Source: Okamejei kenojei
Lineage: Eukaryota
Assembly: GCA_035221665.1 (NCBI GenBank)
Contig: CM069165.1
Location: 18,352,001 to 18,416,000, forward strand
Direction: 5' to 3'
Length of the DNA: 64,000 nucleotides
This document shows, one piece after another, positions 13,583 through 27,340 of the stretch (position 1 is its first letter; every line of letters starts with the position of its first letter). Made by a program: the position numbers and the translations under genes. The notes below the pieces were generated by a model. It ran no database searches and was not told where the DNA came from. It was given only the letters and a program-made list of their open reading frames with translations.

Positions 13583-14475
13583 ATGCTATGAGAATGCAGA
13601 ATGCTATGAGAATGCAGGGTGACTTGGACAGGTTGGGTAAGTGGGCAGATGCATGGCAGGTGCAATTTATTGTGGATGAATGTGAGGTTATCCACTTTGG
13701 TAGCAAAAACGGGAAGGCAAATTACTATCTAAATGGTGTCAAGTTGGGAAAAGGGGAAGTACAATGGGATCTGCGGGGCCTTGTTCATCAGTCAATGAAA
13801 GTAAGCATGCAGGTACAGCAGGCAGTGAAGAAAGCGAATGGCATGTTGGCCTTTATAACAAGTGGAGTTGAGTATAGGAGCAAAGAGGTCCTTCTGCAGT
13901 TGTATTGGGCCCTGGTGAGACCACACCTGGAGTATTGCATGCAGTTTTGGTCCCCTAATTTGAGGAAGGACATTCTTACTATTGAGAGAGTACAGCGTAG
14001 GTTTACAAGGTTAATTCCCGGGACTGTCATATGCTGAGAGAATGGAGCGGCTGGGCTTGTATATTCTGGAGTTTAGAAGGATGAGAGGGAATCTTATTGA
14101 AATATATAAGATTATTAAGGGTTTGGATACGTTAGAGGCAGGAAACATGTTCCTGATGTTGGGGGTCCAGAACCAGGGGCCACAGTTTAAGAATAAGGGG
14201 TAAGCTATTTAGAACGGAGACGAGGAAACACTTTTTCTCACAGAGAGTTGTGAGTCTGTGGGATTCTCTGCCTCAGAGGGCGGTGGAGGCCGGTTCTCTG
14301 GATATTTTCAAGAGAGAGCTAGATAGGGCTCTTAAAGATAGCGGAGTCAGGGGATATCGGGAGAAGGCAGGAACGAGGTACTGATTGGGGATGATCAGCC
14401 ATGATCACATTGAATGGCTGGCTCGAAGGGCCGAATGGCCTACTCCCGCACCTATTGTTTATTGTCGATTGTCTA
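13583..14475 (+). mobile_element. CR1 LINE 3' fragment
   Basis: ORF 13543-14037 MQGDLDRLGKWA...VKKANGMLAFI...LVRPHLEYC; 3' UTR with (TATTGTC)n-like tail. Confidence 0.92.
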
Positions 14476-15469
14476 TTTCAATAAATACAACAGCTTTGCC
14501 TATATTTGCATAAAATCTAGTGCAAATGTTACACCCAAACATGTTGCTAGGCACAGAAAACAAACTGCACTCTTATTATTCTGTACTTAAAATATGTCAG
14601 AAATAACAAAACCCAGTCTGGAAAAAGTGATTAAAACAAAATCCCCAAGTAAATAGTAACCTATTCAAAGAGACCATGAAGTGGGTAATAGAAGCAGACA
14701 GTTCTCACCGATTCTAATTGTTATTCTAGTGGGATAATGGGTAATTTATTAGGAAGGTGCCAATCTAATGAATATCATGTAACTTACAAAATAACCTTGC
14801 TTACAATCCCCCAGATGATCAGCATCTTTGAAGAAATAACATAATATTTTCTTGTTAGATAAATGTTAGAAAAAGTGGAAATGGGGAAAAAAGCTGTTGC
14901 CTCTGAATGGATTGTTAGGTCATTAAGTCATTAGTCCAAGGCTGTCATAGAAAGGAAGGAAAGGACAATAAATGGTTTTCTGCAGCAATGTGCTACTGAA
15001 ACACAGAATGCATTAGCATATAGTGATTGAGGCAGAAACTCTTAAGGCTATGAATAATTACTGCAGCAGAGTAAAAAGAAATAAAGCAAAAGATCAATTT
15101 TAGGTTGCTCTTATCCAGCATGGCATAGAGGTGATGAGCTGAACAAATTTAAAATTGTACAGTCTTCTTTAATTGCATTATAAATGTTTAAACTTTATGT
15201 ATGAAATAGAATGAGGACTTGCCAATTCAGCCCTTCACGTCAGTTCTGCCATTCCATATCATGGTGGATATCTCACATCAAGACACTTCTCTGCACTAAT
15301 TACTTATCTCTTGATACTCCTGATATCAAAAATTATAACGATCACTCTTTGTAACTCCTCTGGATCCTCTATACAGCCATTATCGGCACATATTTTTGTG
15401 CCATCAGCAAGAAGTCCACTCTCCATGTATTCACTCTCCATGCGATCATTTTTTAATTTAATTTGCCAG

Positions 15470-16430
15470 TCTTTTTATATATAAATATTGTATTTGTCGT
15501 TAAATGCACTTCTAATTTCCCAATTCATACCATGCCCAAAAGTAACACTATCATATGGAAGCCAATATAAAACTCTTACCAATCTAACCTGTCTCTTGCT
15601 GTTACTTATCCAAACAGATTCTATTCTTGATTTTTTAGCTAAAATTATTTTTCTCTATATTTCGATCTCATTCTGCAACATCAGAACTACCCCACATCCT
15701 TTTCCATTTTTTTTTTGCTCTGCTAAAGATATTCTGGAACATTTACTTTCCAAAGTCATTTTGCAACCATTTCTTGAATGACATTTTGAATGTATCTATT
15801 TATGCTATTAATTCACCTACTTTGTTGTGCATCTAGTGTGCACTTCCATAGCGCATTCATTTTGAGGCGTTTTAAACCACTTTTCTCTTTCTGACTGTAA
15901 TGTGAAATTATACTCACATTTATATGTACTGAAACTTCCTGAAAATCTCATTATCGTTATTTATTTTGCCACCCTATACTATTATTTTGACCCTTCTCCT
16001 TTGTTTCCAAACATTCCCCTCATCAAAACCCTTCCACCCACCATTTTGATTGCACCTTATCTACAGACCAAGGTATGAGGTTTGCTTACATCCCAGTCGC
16101 AGTTTGCCCCATGAATCAAAACCCACACATTCAATTCACTGATTTCATCTATTCTATTCCAATTTGCACATTTCTCAGCTGACAATCAACCCATTATTGC
16201 TTTTGTGGCTCTGATTTTTAACTTGTGTCCCAGTTGCTCACTTTCATTTAAAATAACTTATTCATCCTAGCTGTATTTTGTTATATTGACCATAACAATT
16301 GGACCTTTGTTGTTCTACAAGATTTTCTCTATCCCCAAGATGTCTTAACCCAGTTAGTTGGATGAAAACAGAACCTTCGGGATGCACATTCATAGTTGCA
16401 AAGCTCAAACCTCATTTATTAACTAAGGCA
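15470..16430 (-). mobile_element. Highly decayed CR1 ORF1/endonuclease region
   Basis: Minus strand retains traces (aacaaagtaggtgaattaatagca; ctgggacacaagttaaaaatcaga) alignable to the young CR1 at 59270-59800. Confidence 0.45.
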
Positions 16431-16519
16431 TCCCCTAATTAATTTCATATCTCTGCTTTAATTTCTATTTCCAAACATCAACGCTCCAAACATTAAAAAA
16501 ATGTAAAAATTCAATTCAA

Positions 16520-17000
16520 ATGTTGTGTACATAGCACAGTCCTTCATGCAAACCAGCCTCCCCCATCAACTTCATCTGCACTTCCTGCTGTGTCAGGAAA
16601 GCAGCCAGAGTAATCAAGGACCACTCACACCCCAGTCATTCACGCTTCTCCACTCTCCTGTTGGGCAGAAAATGCAAAAGCTTGAATTCATGTAGCACCA
16701 GATTCAAGAACAAATACAGTACTTCCCACTTTTATCAGCCTCTTGAAACATCCTTTCATATGCTAAGGATGTATCTCGGATCTTCCTATCTACCACACTG
16801 TAACCCTAACACTTTTGTATCTGCTATTTCTGTATAGCTGTAACAGTATATTCTGCACTCCTGTTTCTTTCTCTCTGTTGAACTCGTCAACAGTACGATT
16901 GCACTCATCAACGGTATGGTCTGGTTTGATCTGCGTGGACAGCATGCAAACCAAAGTTTTTTTTCTGTATCTCACTGCAAGTGGCAATAACAAACCAATA
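16520..17000 (+). mobile_element. Rex1/Babar-type 3' fragment
   Basis: aaagcagccagagtaatcaaggaccactcacaccc (KAA.IIKD.SHP motif) plus typical 3' UTR. Confidence 0.65.
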
Positions 17001-17863
17001 TCAATACCAATATTGAGAATTAGTGGAGCAGATGACAAAAAAGTCCTCTAAATATTTGAAAAAGAGTAGGACCTGTAATTAAGTTAAACAAAACTTTATC
17101 TTGAATAAAACTGACTTTTGTTTTATTGTTTATGCTGTCACTACGAACCTTTAATCATTTCTCTGCAAAACAATAGTACAGACGTATCTGAACATGTTAC
17201 TGTGTCAGGCAGTGCCACTACAACCCAACACAAATTATATCAATGGAAATTACTGGCAGCTTCTCCTTTACTGATGTTTGAATCAGTTACACATGGTGTT
17301 CTTTCTTCATCAAAATATGACAGAACTGCAGCTACTTGCTATACTAAATATTTTTCCGGTTTCCCATTCCCCTCCTAACCATGACTATATGTCTAAATGA
17401 AGACACAAAATGACAAGCAGTTGAACCATTAGTGCTTCTGCTCTAAGGTTATTTGATTTAATGACATTTTACATTATTTTTTAAGAACTTTATGATTAAA
17501 CCAATCTGAATATTTTACTGCATGCAGCAATCAGGTCACAGAGATAACACTACATGTGTTAGAGACCAGAATTGAGAACAGGAAGAGTTGTTTTCAACAT
17601 AGGCTAATGATATTTTGCAATAAAATTATTTTTGCTTTGAAAATAATCATGCAGAATCACCCTAAATAGAGAGTTGATTATGACAGTGGGAAATTAAAGT
17701 AACTGTAAAGGTTTGTGCTTGAAACTTTGCTATGCTTTGAAAAATTGTTTTTCTGGACTTTTGTCTTCCATCTTAATTATGCATCTCATGACAGTAGCTT
17801 TAGTATCTAATGAGCACAATGTGGACAGCAAGCTTAGGTTAAATGCAAACTTAAAGAATGTAC

Positions 17864-18071
17864 CTGTTGCAGCAGCCTCTTCAGTTTAAGTATCTGGGTC
17901 TTAACAGCTGTGCAGTCATGTACCATGTGCCTCAGTGTCAGGACATCCAGCATTACAGTGCTCTCCGCCACAGGCCGAGAGGATCTCATGTGATTAGTGG
18001 GAGGGTGATAGTAACTTGAAGCTGCATGCCAATCAAAATGGTCCACTGGAAGCTCCTGGGAAACGGGGCTC
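17864..18071 (-). CDS. CCSER2: Internal coding exon of a CCSER2-like (serine-rich coiled-coil, FAM190B) gene
   Basis: Minus strand: acceptor ttttttcctctgcAG (AG at 18073-18072), open 208-nt frame (phase 2 in, phase 0 out) encoding SPVSQELPVDHFDW...ESTVMLDVLTLRHMVHDCTAVKTQILKLKRLLQQ, donor CAG|GTACAT at 17863. Matches my recollection of CCSER2 ENTVILDEMTLRHMVQDCTAVKTQLLKLKRLLHQ; paralogue CCSER1 less similar as recalled. Confidence 0.82.
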
Positions 18072-19154
18072 CTGCAGAGGAAAAAATAATGCATGATCAC
18101 TGCTCAAATATTAAGCAATAGAATGAAAACTAATATTAGTTCTAGAATCTCCATGAACAGGCCATGGATTTAGACAGGCAGTTAACCATCAAACAACTGT
18201 TCTGAAACTTTTCGATCCGCAACAGCAGATACAAATCTTGACTTTATTTTAACATTACTAACAGCCTATTGAATCCTGCTTAAATCAAAGAACACAATTT
18301 GACTACATCTCTTTTTTAGTGCATTTATCACAATGTCAAAATGGGTATTCCTATGATGAAATGAAATAAAGATCCAGTACTACAATTAATGCTGGAAGCA
18401 GCCATTGGGACAACAGAGGACTGTTGAAGACATTTTAGAACAATAGCCTGCCAAGTTATGAGAACTTAAACTTGGAACAAGCCAATGATGGAGTATTTTT
18501 GATTTCACAGAGGTGTTATAAATCTTCATATTATTTAGTCACATGTTTTCCACAAGTTTGGATCACGAAAAATATGCACAACATTCAGCAGTGCTTATAA
18601 AATCTTTTGCCGTCTTATTTTGCAACACAATCAAAATTAGATTCAAAATCAAATTCAGTTTGAGTTAGATTTTATTTAATTTAATGTCATACTTGCTGTC
18701 CTATCTCAGATGATCTTTCCACGTCTTTTTACTTAAATTCCACAAAGCCGACCTACATTCAATGTATTATCTTCCTTACTTCAATTCATTCCTCTTCCTA
18801 GCTTCACTGTGCCTCAATTACTTGAATGAGCCCCAGGCACCAAGGCTCAAAACATTTCAACAAGCTCTCATAATATTCTTCAGGCCTTTTTCAAGTAACT
18901 AGCATCCATTCAGCTAGTCTTCCCTTTATAAGGCCATGCACAAGATATGCTCCATTTTTTGCATTCAATGTCTTTTCTCGGGGTCTAAATGTTACAAAAT
19001 GATCAGATAAAAAGCAATCTTTGTCACAATATTCTGCAGAACACATTTGGCAGCAACTTTCTGTGTCATATCACTCCCACTTGGTAGGAATAAGGATTTC
19101 CTAAGAGTGAACCCATGGAAAGCAATTGGCCTGGATTAAGTCCCCAGCCGAGTC

Positions 19155-19734
19155 CTCAGAACCTGCATGGACCAGCTCCCTCCGTAACTTCCTGGTCAAT
19201 TCTTCCCTTCCCTCATGCACCACCCCCTCCACGGGCACTTTCCCTTGCAACCACAAGAGATTCTACCCTTGTCGCTTTAACTCCCCCCTCGACTCCATTC
19301 AAGGACCCAAGCAGTCGTTCCAGGTGCGACAGAGGTTCACCTGCATCTCCTCCAACCTCATCTATTGCATCCGCTGCTCTAGATGTCAGCTGATCTGCAG
19401 CGGTGAGGCCAAGTGTAGGCTTGGCGATCGTTTCGCCGAACACCTCCGCTCGGTCCGCATTAACCAACCTGATCTCCCGGTGGCACAGCACGTCAACTTC
19501 CCTTCCCATTCCGAATCCGACCTCTGACCATGGAGGAGTCCTGGACCTCCTCCATGGTCAGAGTGAGCACCACCGGAAATTGGAGGAGCAGCACCTCATA
19601 TTCCGCTTGGGCAGTCTGCACCCTAGCGGCATAAACATTGAATTCTCCAATTTCCGGTAGCCCTTGCAGTCTCCTCCCCTTGTCAGCTCTCCCTCAGCTT
19701 TCGGGCTCCTCCTCTTCCTTTTTCCTTTCTTCTC

Positions 19735-19772
<38 letters not shown>

Positions 19773-19912
19773 ACCTTACATCAGTCTGAAGAAGGGTTTT
19801 GGCCCGAAACGTTACCTATTTCCTTCGCTCCATAGATGCTGCTGCACCCGCTGAGTTTCTCCAGCACTTTTGTCTACCTTCCATTTTCCAGCATCTGCAG
19901 TTCCTTCTTAAA
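19155..19912 (+). mobile_element. Penelope-like element 3' part (GIY-YIG endonuclease, tail, hammerhead core 19786-19813)
   Basis: ORF 19126-19527 FTCISSNLIYCIRCSRCQL..GEAK.RLGDRFAEHLRSV...VAQH; downstream RKLEEQHLIFRLGSLHPSGINIEFSNF; C35 run at 19736-19770. Confidence 0.9.
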
Positions 19913-19914
19913 CA

Positions 19915-21680
19915 CTCCTATTTATTGATTATAGCTCTGCCTTCAACACCACAATCATATCTAAACTCATTGCTAAACCCCTGGACCAGAAATCAGCATC
20001 CACCCCCAACCCTCTGCCATTGGACTCTTGACATTCTGACCCACAGACCAGTGAGGATAGGTGGCAAGGACGTGTTCTCAGCACCTTGTGTGTAATCCCT
20101 GTACACACAAGGTGCTACGGCCACAAAAGTATACCAATGTCTTTACTCCCCAGGAGATGAAGGAAGTTTGGCATGTCTTCAACAACTCTTACCAACTTTC
20201 ACAGATGCACCACAGAAAGCATATTATTGGGTTGTCACAGTTTGGTTTGGGAACAACTCTGTCCAAGGCCTTAATAAATTGAAGAGAGTTGAGGATGTAG
20301 CCCAGTCCATCACACAGACCAGGCTCACCAGCATAGGTTTAAATCCTGGTAGTGAATGCATGAAAGCAACTGGTCTGGATGGAATCCCTGCCTGTATACT
20401 CAGGACCTCCGCGAATCAGCTGGCAGAGGTATTCAGACATCTTTAACCTCTCAATGCTCCGTTCTGATGTCCCCACCTGCTTCATAAAGACCACCATCAT
20501 CCCGGCACCAAAGAAAAGTAAGGTACCTTGCCTTAAACACTACCGTCCAGTGGGTCTGACATCCACCATCAGGAAGTATTTCGAGGTACTGGTGATGGCT
20601 TACATTAACTCCAGCCTTCATTGTTTTATTGCAGTTTTTTTACTGACTCAACAGGTCTACAGAAAATGCCAATTCCTTCATCTTAAACTCATCTCTAGAC
20701 CATCTAGACAATATGGACTCCTACATTAGACTCCTATTTATCGACTATATCTCCACCTTTAACCCCAGAATCCCATCCAAGCTGATCTCCAAACTCCAGG
20801 ACCTTGGAATCAGCCCCCTCTATGTCACAGAATCCTTGATTTTCTGATCCACAAATCTCAATCAGTGAGGACAGATGACAACACCTCTTCCACAATAACT
20901 CTCAGTACCGGTGCCCTACAAGGTTCTGTTCTTAGTCCCCTACTATACTCCCTTTACACTCACCACTGTTGTGTAATGACAATATGACCAAATTTGTCTC
21001 TAGTTCCATCTACAGGTTTGCAGATACCACTGTGGTGAGACGAATCATGAACATTGATGAGACAGAGTACAGGAAGGAGTTAGAGAGTGACTTGATACAA
21101 GGTCGATAATCTTTTCCTCAATGTCAGCAAGATGAAGGAGCTAGTGCTGAAGGAGCATTGTACTTCAGGAAGCACAATGCAGTAAACGCCCCAATCAGCA
21201 TCAGTGGTGTTGAGGTGGACATGGTCGAGAGGGGGGTGGGGGGGGGGTGGGAGCGGAGAACGGAGGGAAGGGGAGAGGAGACACTTTTAAGAAGCCAGAG
21301 ATACACAGCTGTGAAGTTTGGCAGGCATTTAACATTACCGGTCAGTTATCCTTGGTTCTGAAAACTCGTGCTTACGTTTTTTTTTCCCCAATGAGCCAAT
21401 GAAAATGACCGGTCAGCAAAGGCGATTAACTAAAACTACCTACGACTACCCATAACTACATGGCGACCCCACTACAACTGCACCTACGACTACAGGATTA
21501 GGATGTAGCCGAGTCCATCAATAGACCAGATTTCTAACCATTGACTCCATCTACACTACTCTGCTTTGGAAAGGGAGCAAACATAATGAAAGACTTGTCC
21601 CAACCAAGCCATTCCTTCTTGTCCCTGCTTCTGTCCAGCAGAAGATACAAAAGTTTGAAAGTGGCACCTCCAGACGTTCA
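19915..21680 (+). mobile_element. Cluster of Rex1/Babar-type LINE fragments
   Basis: KATGLDGIPACILRTSANQLAEVF / DIFNLS...TTIIPAPKK...YRPVGLTS RT N-terminal motifs; further RT and C-terminal pieces in non-colinear order. Confidence 0.8.
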
Positions 21681-24600
21681 CCCAAAATTGAGATGTAAAA
21701 CTGCAGATTTATAATTGACGACCTAATTATTTTATTTTACATCAAACATGCATTTTCATCCAAACTGCATGGTTGATTTTGAGGGAAATGGAATTACCAG
21801 GACTCAGTGTGTTATCCAGAAGGCAATGAAAGAAAAATACATTTTATCTCCAAGGATAATATTTCAGGCTGGATTTCTCCTAACCTAACAGCAAGTAATA
21901 GCATTGTGCCAAAGGGCCAATTCCTAACTTTAATTGACTTTTCATCTCATACAGATCTTGTGTGAATTGTATGCATGTCATGTTATTTCAGTGGCATTAG
22001 TCTGCCCCATAATGGAAGTTCAGGGTATTAGCATGCCTTTGCATGGATCTTGTCATCATGGGCACTTAACATTAACATTTTCATAATAAATATTCTGCTA
22101 CCTTTAAAAGTGACATGACCAACACAATAGGAAATGGTAAATAATGTTGAATATTCTGAAATTTACAGATATAGATTTCAGAAAAAGATTATTTGCAAGG
22201 AAAATTGAATATTTTCTTAAAAACATTAGATTATCATTAGTGAATAAAATAAGCATAAATGTATGGAGACTTCTATTGTCTCTTCCAATATTTACTATAT
22301 TTGATGCAGGGCCAATTTCCCTCCTGGGATAAATAAAATTCTATCATATCGTATATAATTGTAAAGTTCTGATTTGAATCTATGGATTATTAAACTGAGA
22401 GGATTATAGTTTATATCGCCACACTTTACTAATAATCAGATATCATACACATAAAAAGAACAGACTGACTCAGACTTTTCAATTCCTGGTTATTATTGGA
22501 AACTACCCTCCTGTGCCAGCCTCCAAAGTACCCACAGTCAACAACCTCTTATTCAACTTTGTCCATTTTACTCAGTTGGACTCACCAGATTTAACTAATG
22601 ACTCGATTGAACCAAAATTAAGAAATGGGCCAAAATATGGGTGCGCAAAATTATTTTCTGCGGAAAGATCAGAAAAGTCACCTTTATTTGCTGCAAGTAC
22701 CAAGCTTGATACAATCTGTCTGATTTGAAAAATAATTGTAGACAAATTACAGATAAAATAGAGATATGGAAAGCAATTTGAAAAGCAACGGTTTGTTAGT
22801 CTTCATTGAAGTGCATTAATGTTTGGTATTACCAGAACAGCACAATGCTTTTGTGAGATCGTGCTTAAAGAGTATTGTGGTGTAGTTCTGGTTTCTTTCT
22901 CCAAGGAAGATATACTTATCTTAGAGGGGATTCATCAAATGTTTAGGAAGGAATTGCAGATGCTGGTTTACATTCTTTCCATCCAGAGATGCTGCCTGTC
23001 CCGCTGGGTTACTCCAGCATTTAGTGTCTATCTTCACAGCAAATGTTTTGCAGACTCATTTCCAGAAGGAGATGGATACTCAAAGCATTTTGGAGGCCAG
23101 TTAGAAGAACAAGGATCTCACAATTTAAAAAAAAAAACTAGATAACAAAAAAGCACCTCCTTAGGCAACTCAAGAACTAGAAACTGCTGTTTCAGGTTAA
23201 AACATTATTCACTCAAGTAGTTCAGAATCTTTGGAATGTTCAGTCTCAAAGAACCTCATACGATCCTTTACTACAGTAAAAATTGAGTTTGACAAATTTT
23301 AAAAGACTAAAAGAATCCAGCGATCATGGTGATCATGCAGCAAAATAAGCAAACTATGATTGTACCGAATGAAGTGGAAATTTGAGGGCTATATAATCCC
23401 CCACACCCAACTCTACCTCTTGTGACAATGACATAGCCTAGAAAAATAGCCGGTATAAACTTCAATATCAGCCTACATAATTTTTGAATTATTCGCATTG
23501 ATCATGTTATTTGTACAAAGCAATACATAAATCCTAACTTTACAAAGCACTATACCGAACCAATGAAAAAAACATAATTCTAATTAGAAAGAGCAAAGTG
23601 GTAATTTTAATCAACAAAACAACATCTGTTGTTTATTCCCCACAGTCGTAAATATCATCTAGAACAAGCATTAAGAATTGAGTAATATATAAACCTATTC
23701 TAGCTCTTAATATTTTGCAGTCATTGAGTGCATTAGCAAGCATCTGGTCAATGCAAAATTGTAAAAAGAACTTTTACTATAAATAGTTTATACGTCAGTG
23801 AAGAGTTATTAAACTTTTTACCACACTCAGAAGGGAAGAGAGTGTTGCCTATCATTTGCTTTATGTCTATTGCTTCGGCAGTATAATGAATTTTGAAGTA
23901 CTGTACATCCATTATGTTTATTTTACAACATTACGCAAAAAATTGCCAAATATGTTACTGCAAAGCACTGGGCCTGGATGTCAAGAGCTCAGCAATGCTC
24001 CTCACATCAATCTAAACATCTTCTCTCCCAACTTTGTTAAAATGTTTCACAAAATGATTACTTTATTTCACAAAATGTTATTACCCAAATAATGGCATCA
24101 AATTATATCCAAAAGATTTTACTCTCTCCCCTCTAATATTACGTAACTTCCCAAAGACAGAAAATAGAAATGTTGATTCATGTGAATTAATACCACAGCA
24201 TGTTCTTATGGCAATGTGATTAAAAAGATTTATGACCCTCAATTGAAAAATGATTAAGAGCAGCTATAAACATAACCTGTTTCTAATATAAAAACTTAAG
24301 GAAAACTATTGTGAATTGTTAAGAAACTGACATGGAGGTAAGTTTCTCTATTAAGTCATTGATAGGCTAATTGGAATTAGCCTATCAATAACATCCAACC
24401 AACTATCTCGACAATTGCAGTAGACTTGAAAAGATATGTGTTTATTCTATTCACTGAGAACAATCTCCCAGTAAATTGACACTTATTACACACTGAAACA
24501 TTTACTTATTTCAGTTATCAGTTAAGCCTTCCTCAGAATTGCTTCAATGCTATAACTTTCTCGACAACCAAGAAAGGTGACATTGTGGAGGTATAAGTAC

Positions 24601-24779
24601 GATGCCAGAATCTCGATCAATGCAAACATACTGTTGTGAAGGCTTGAAACAAAGAATCCCCTTCAATGAACCACAATATTGGCTAGAATTCTCATATCCA
24701 TCTTGTTGGCAATATAAAATGAGAAATTTCTGCTCTACTAAACTTCAGCGAAGACAAGCTTAACCAGTCCAATCTTTAG

Positions 24780-26114
24780 TCAGGGCGCCATAATGTTTGG
24801 GACACATGGCTTCACTGGCGTTTGTAATTGCTCAGGTATGAGGACCAAAGTTGTGCCAATGAAAGTCAAAGAAGCCATTTTGAGACTGAGAAACAAGAAT
24901 AAAACTGTTAGAGACATCAGCCAAACTTTAGGCTCACCAAAATCAACTGTTTGGAACATGATTAAGAAGAAAGAGAGCACTGGTGAGCTTACTAATCGGA
25001 AAGTGACTGGCAGGCCAAGGAAGACCTCCACAGCTGATGACAGAATAATTCTCTCTATAAAAAAGGAAAATCTCCAAACACCTGTCCGACAGATCAGAAA
25101 CACTTTTCAGGAGTCAGGTGTGGATTTGTCAATGACCGCTGTCCGCAGAAGACTTCATGTACAGAAATACAGAGGCTACACTGCAAGATGCAAACCACTG
25201 GTTAGCCGCAACGATAGGATGGCCGGGTTTGAGTTCGCTAAGAAGTACTTAAAAGAGCAACCACAGTTCTGGAAAAAAAGTCTTGTGGACAGATGAGATT
25301 AAAATTAACATATCAGAGTGAAGGCAAGAGCAAAGTGTGGATTTGAGAAGGAACTGCCCAAGATCCAAAGCATACCTCATCTGTGGAACACGGTGGCGGG
25401 GGTGTTATGGCCTGGGCATGATTGGCTGCTGAAGGTCCTGGCTCACTTATCTTCATTGATGATACAACTGCTGATGGTAGGAGCATAATGAATTCTGACA
25501 CATTCTATCTGCTTAAGTTCAAACAAATGCATCAAAACATATTGGCCGGGGTTCATTCTACAGCAAGACATTGATCCCAAACATACTGCTGAAGCAACAA
25601 AGGAGTTTTTCAAAGCTAAAAAATGGTCAGTTCTTGAGTGGCCAAGTGAATCACCCGATCTGAACTCAATTGAACATGCCTTTTATATGCTGAAGAGAAA
25701 ACTGAAGGGGACCAGCCCCCAAAACAAGCAAAACATAATGATGGCTGAAATACAGGCCTGACTGAGCATCACCAGAAAAGACACCCAGCAAATGATGATG
25801 TCCATGAATCGCAGATTTCAAGCAGTCGTTGCATGCAAAGGACATGCAACAAAATAGTAAACATGACTACTTTCATTTATATGACATTGCTGTGTCCCAA
25901 ATATAATGGTGCCCTGAAATGGAGGGACGATGTATAAACACAGCTGTAATTTCTACATGGTGAAACCAAAATGTATAAAAATGGCCTTTATTAAAATCTG
26001 ACAATGTGCACTTTATCCACATGTGATTTTTTCTAATACAAATCTCAAATTGTGGAGTACAGAGGTAAATAAATAAATAATGGGTCTTTGTCCCAAACAT
26101 TATGGAGGGCACTG
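24780..26114 (+). mobile_element. Tc1-family (DD34E) DNA transposon relic, 5' TIR truncated
   Basis: HTH/GRPR region in ORF 24793-25296; WTDE, QQDIDPKH and SPDLNSIE with 34 residues between second D and E; ~220-bp right TIR with two direct repeats ending gggcactg then TA (26115-26116); frameshifts and stops. Confidence 0.92.
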
Positions 26115-27340
26115 TATATCCTACTGATTGGCTGATATATCATATCCACGCTTACCATTTAGCTGGAATCATGAAATTATTTTATTTACAACACCGTGGG
26201 AGTACTATCATCAATGCTTTGAGGACAAGGCATTCCTTAAAATATTCATAATAAAAAATAAAAACCTTTGAGCAATCAGCAAACAACATACACACATGCA
26301 AATAAAAAAACCCAATATGCCTGCCACAAAAGCTGACAGGTGTATATATACCTTCACTTGTTTATTCTCCTTTTGCACAATTAATTCAGGCACTCTTAAA
26401 ACTTTATCAAAGGTAGATTTCACACCATCTCTCTTAAATTCGTTCAGTCGTCTGAAATTTCTATTGCTCCATTAGCAAGTAAGATCTCATCTGCTTTGTT
26501 TCAAAATCCACAAAGATAATTGTTTTATGTTGCTGAATGCAAACCATACTGCTGCAATGTTGTAGAATCCGTATTTTAAAACAGTCTAATGAAGTGACGG
26601 ACCCCTATTGTTTTACTACATTTGCGTATGAACTAATGATCATTTTACCTTGCTGCTTCAGTACATGACTCAATTTCACATTTTAAATTGCACACTTCAA
26701 TTAACAAAAGACACATATCACCAGATTTGCAGTAATACAAGCATTGTGTACAACACAAATAGCTGTAATCTGAATATATTGCTGTATTTTTGCCACCTTT
26801 TGTTTTCTCTCATTGTTTCATGAAAATGGAGGAACAAGAACGATCCCTAATCAAATACTTAAAAGAAAACAAAAAAAAATAATAATTTCATTTCCTGATC
26901 TTATGATGGTGAAAATTACAATAATTTCAATTGTTTTTTTAAACATCATTAAAATCCATTACTTTTGGTTCTTTCTCAACATTCATCTCAAACTATGTTG
27001 ACGATGGGGACATCAAAATGTTATTCTGAACACAATATGATAAATTGACTATCAGATTCAGCTGCAAGGGCCAAATCAACAAAATCATGTCTGAATGGGT
27101 CACATGTGATTCAGCATTAAGTGTCAACACAAGATCGAGGAATCACGTCAATACAAGGTCACAGTTCGGGGAATAGACCTGCTTGCCGGCAACTACTGCA
27201 ATCTTCTTCTGTGAAACAAAGTCCGACTAAAGTCTCTGAATCCAAATGCAGAGCAGATATTGGTCACACCTTTAAAGAGTATGAATTCAATTGCTGGGAG
27301 AAAAGATAAGAGGGAATGACCAGGGTGTAAATGATTGTTG

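Noticed and set aside
19736-19770. Poly-proline ORFs from the C35 run (and the G33 run at 44110-44142)
   Set aside because: Homopolymer expansions in Penelope 3' regions; lengths are unreliable and not coding.
26649-26716. Minus-strand mini-ORF MCLLLIEVCNLKCEIESCTEAA ending at an in-phase donor AG|GTAAAA
   Set aside because: Phase-compatible with the 18071 exon but has no recognisable homology; such matches are expected by chance in tens of kb of intron.
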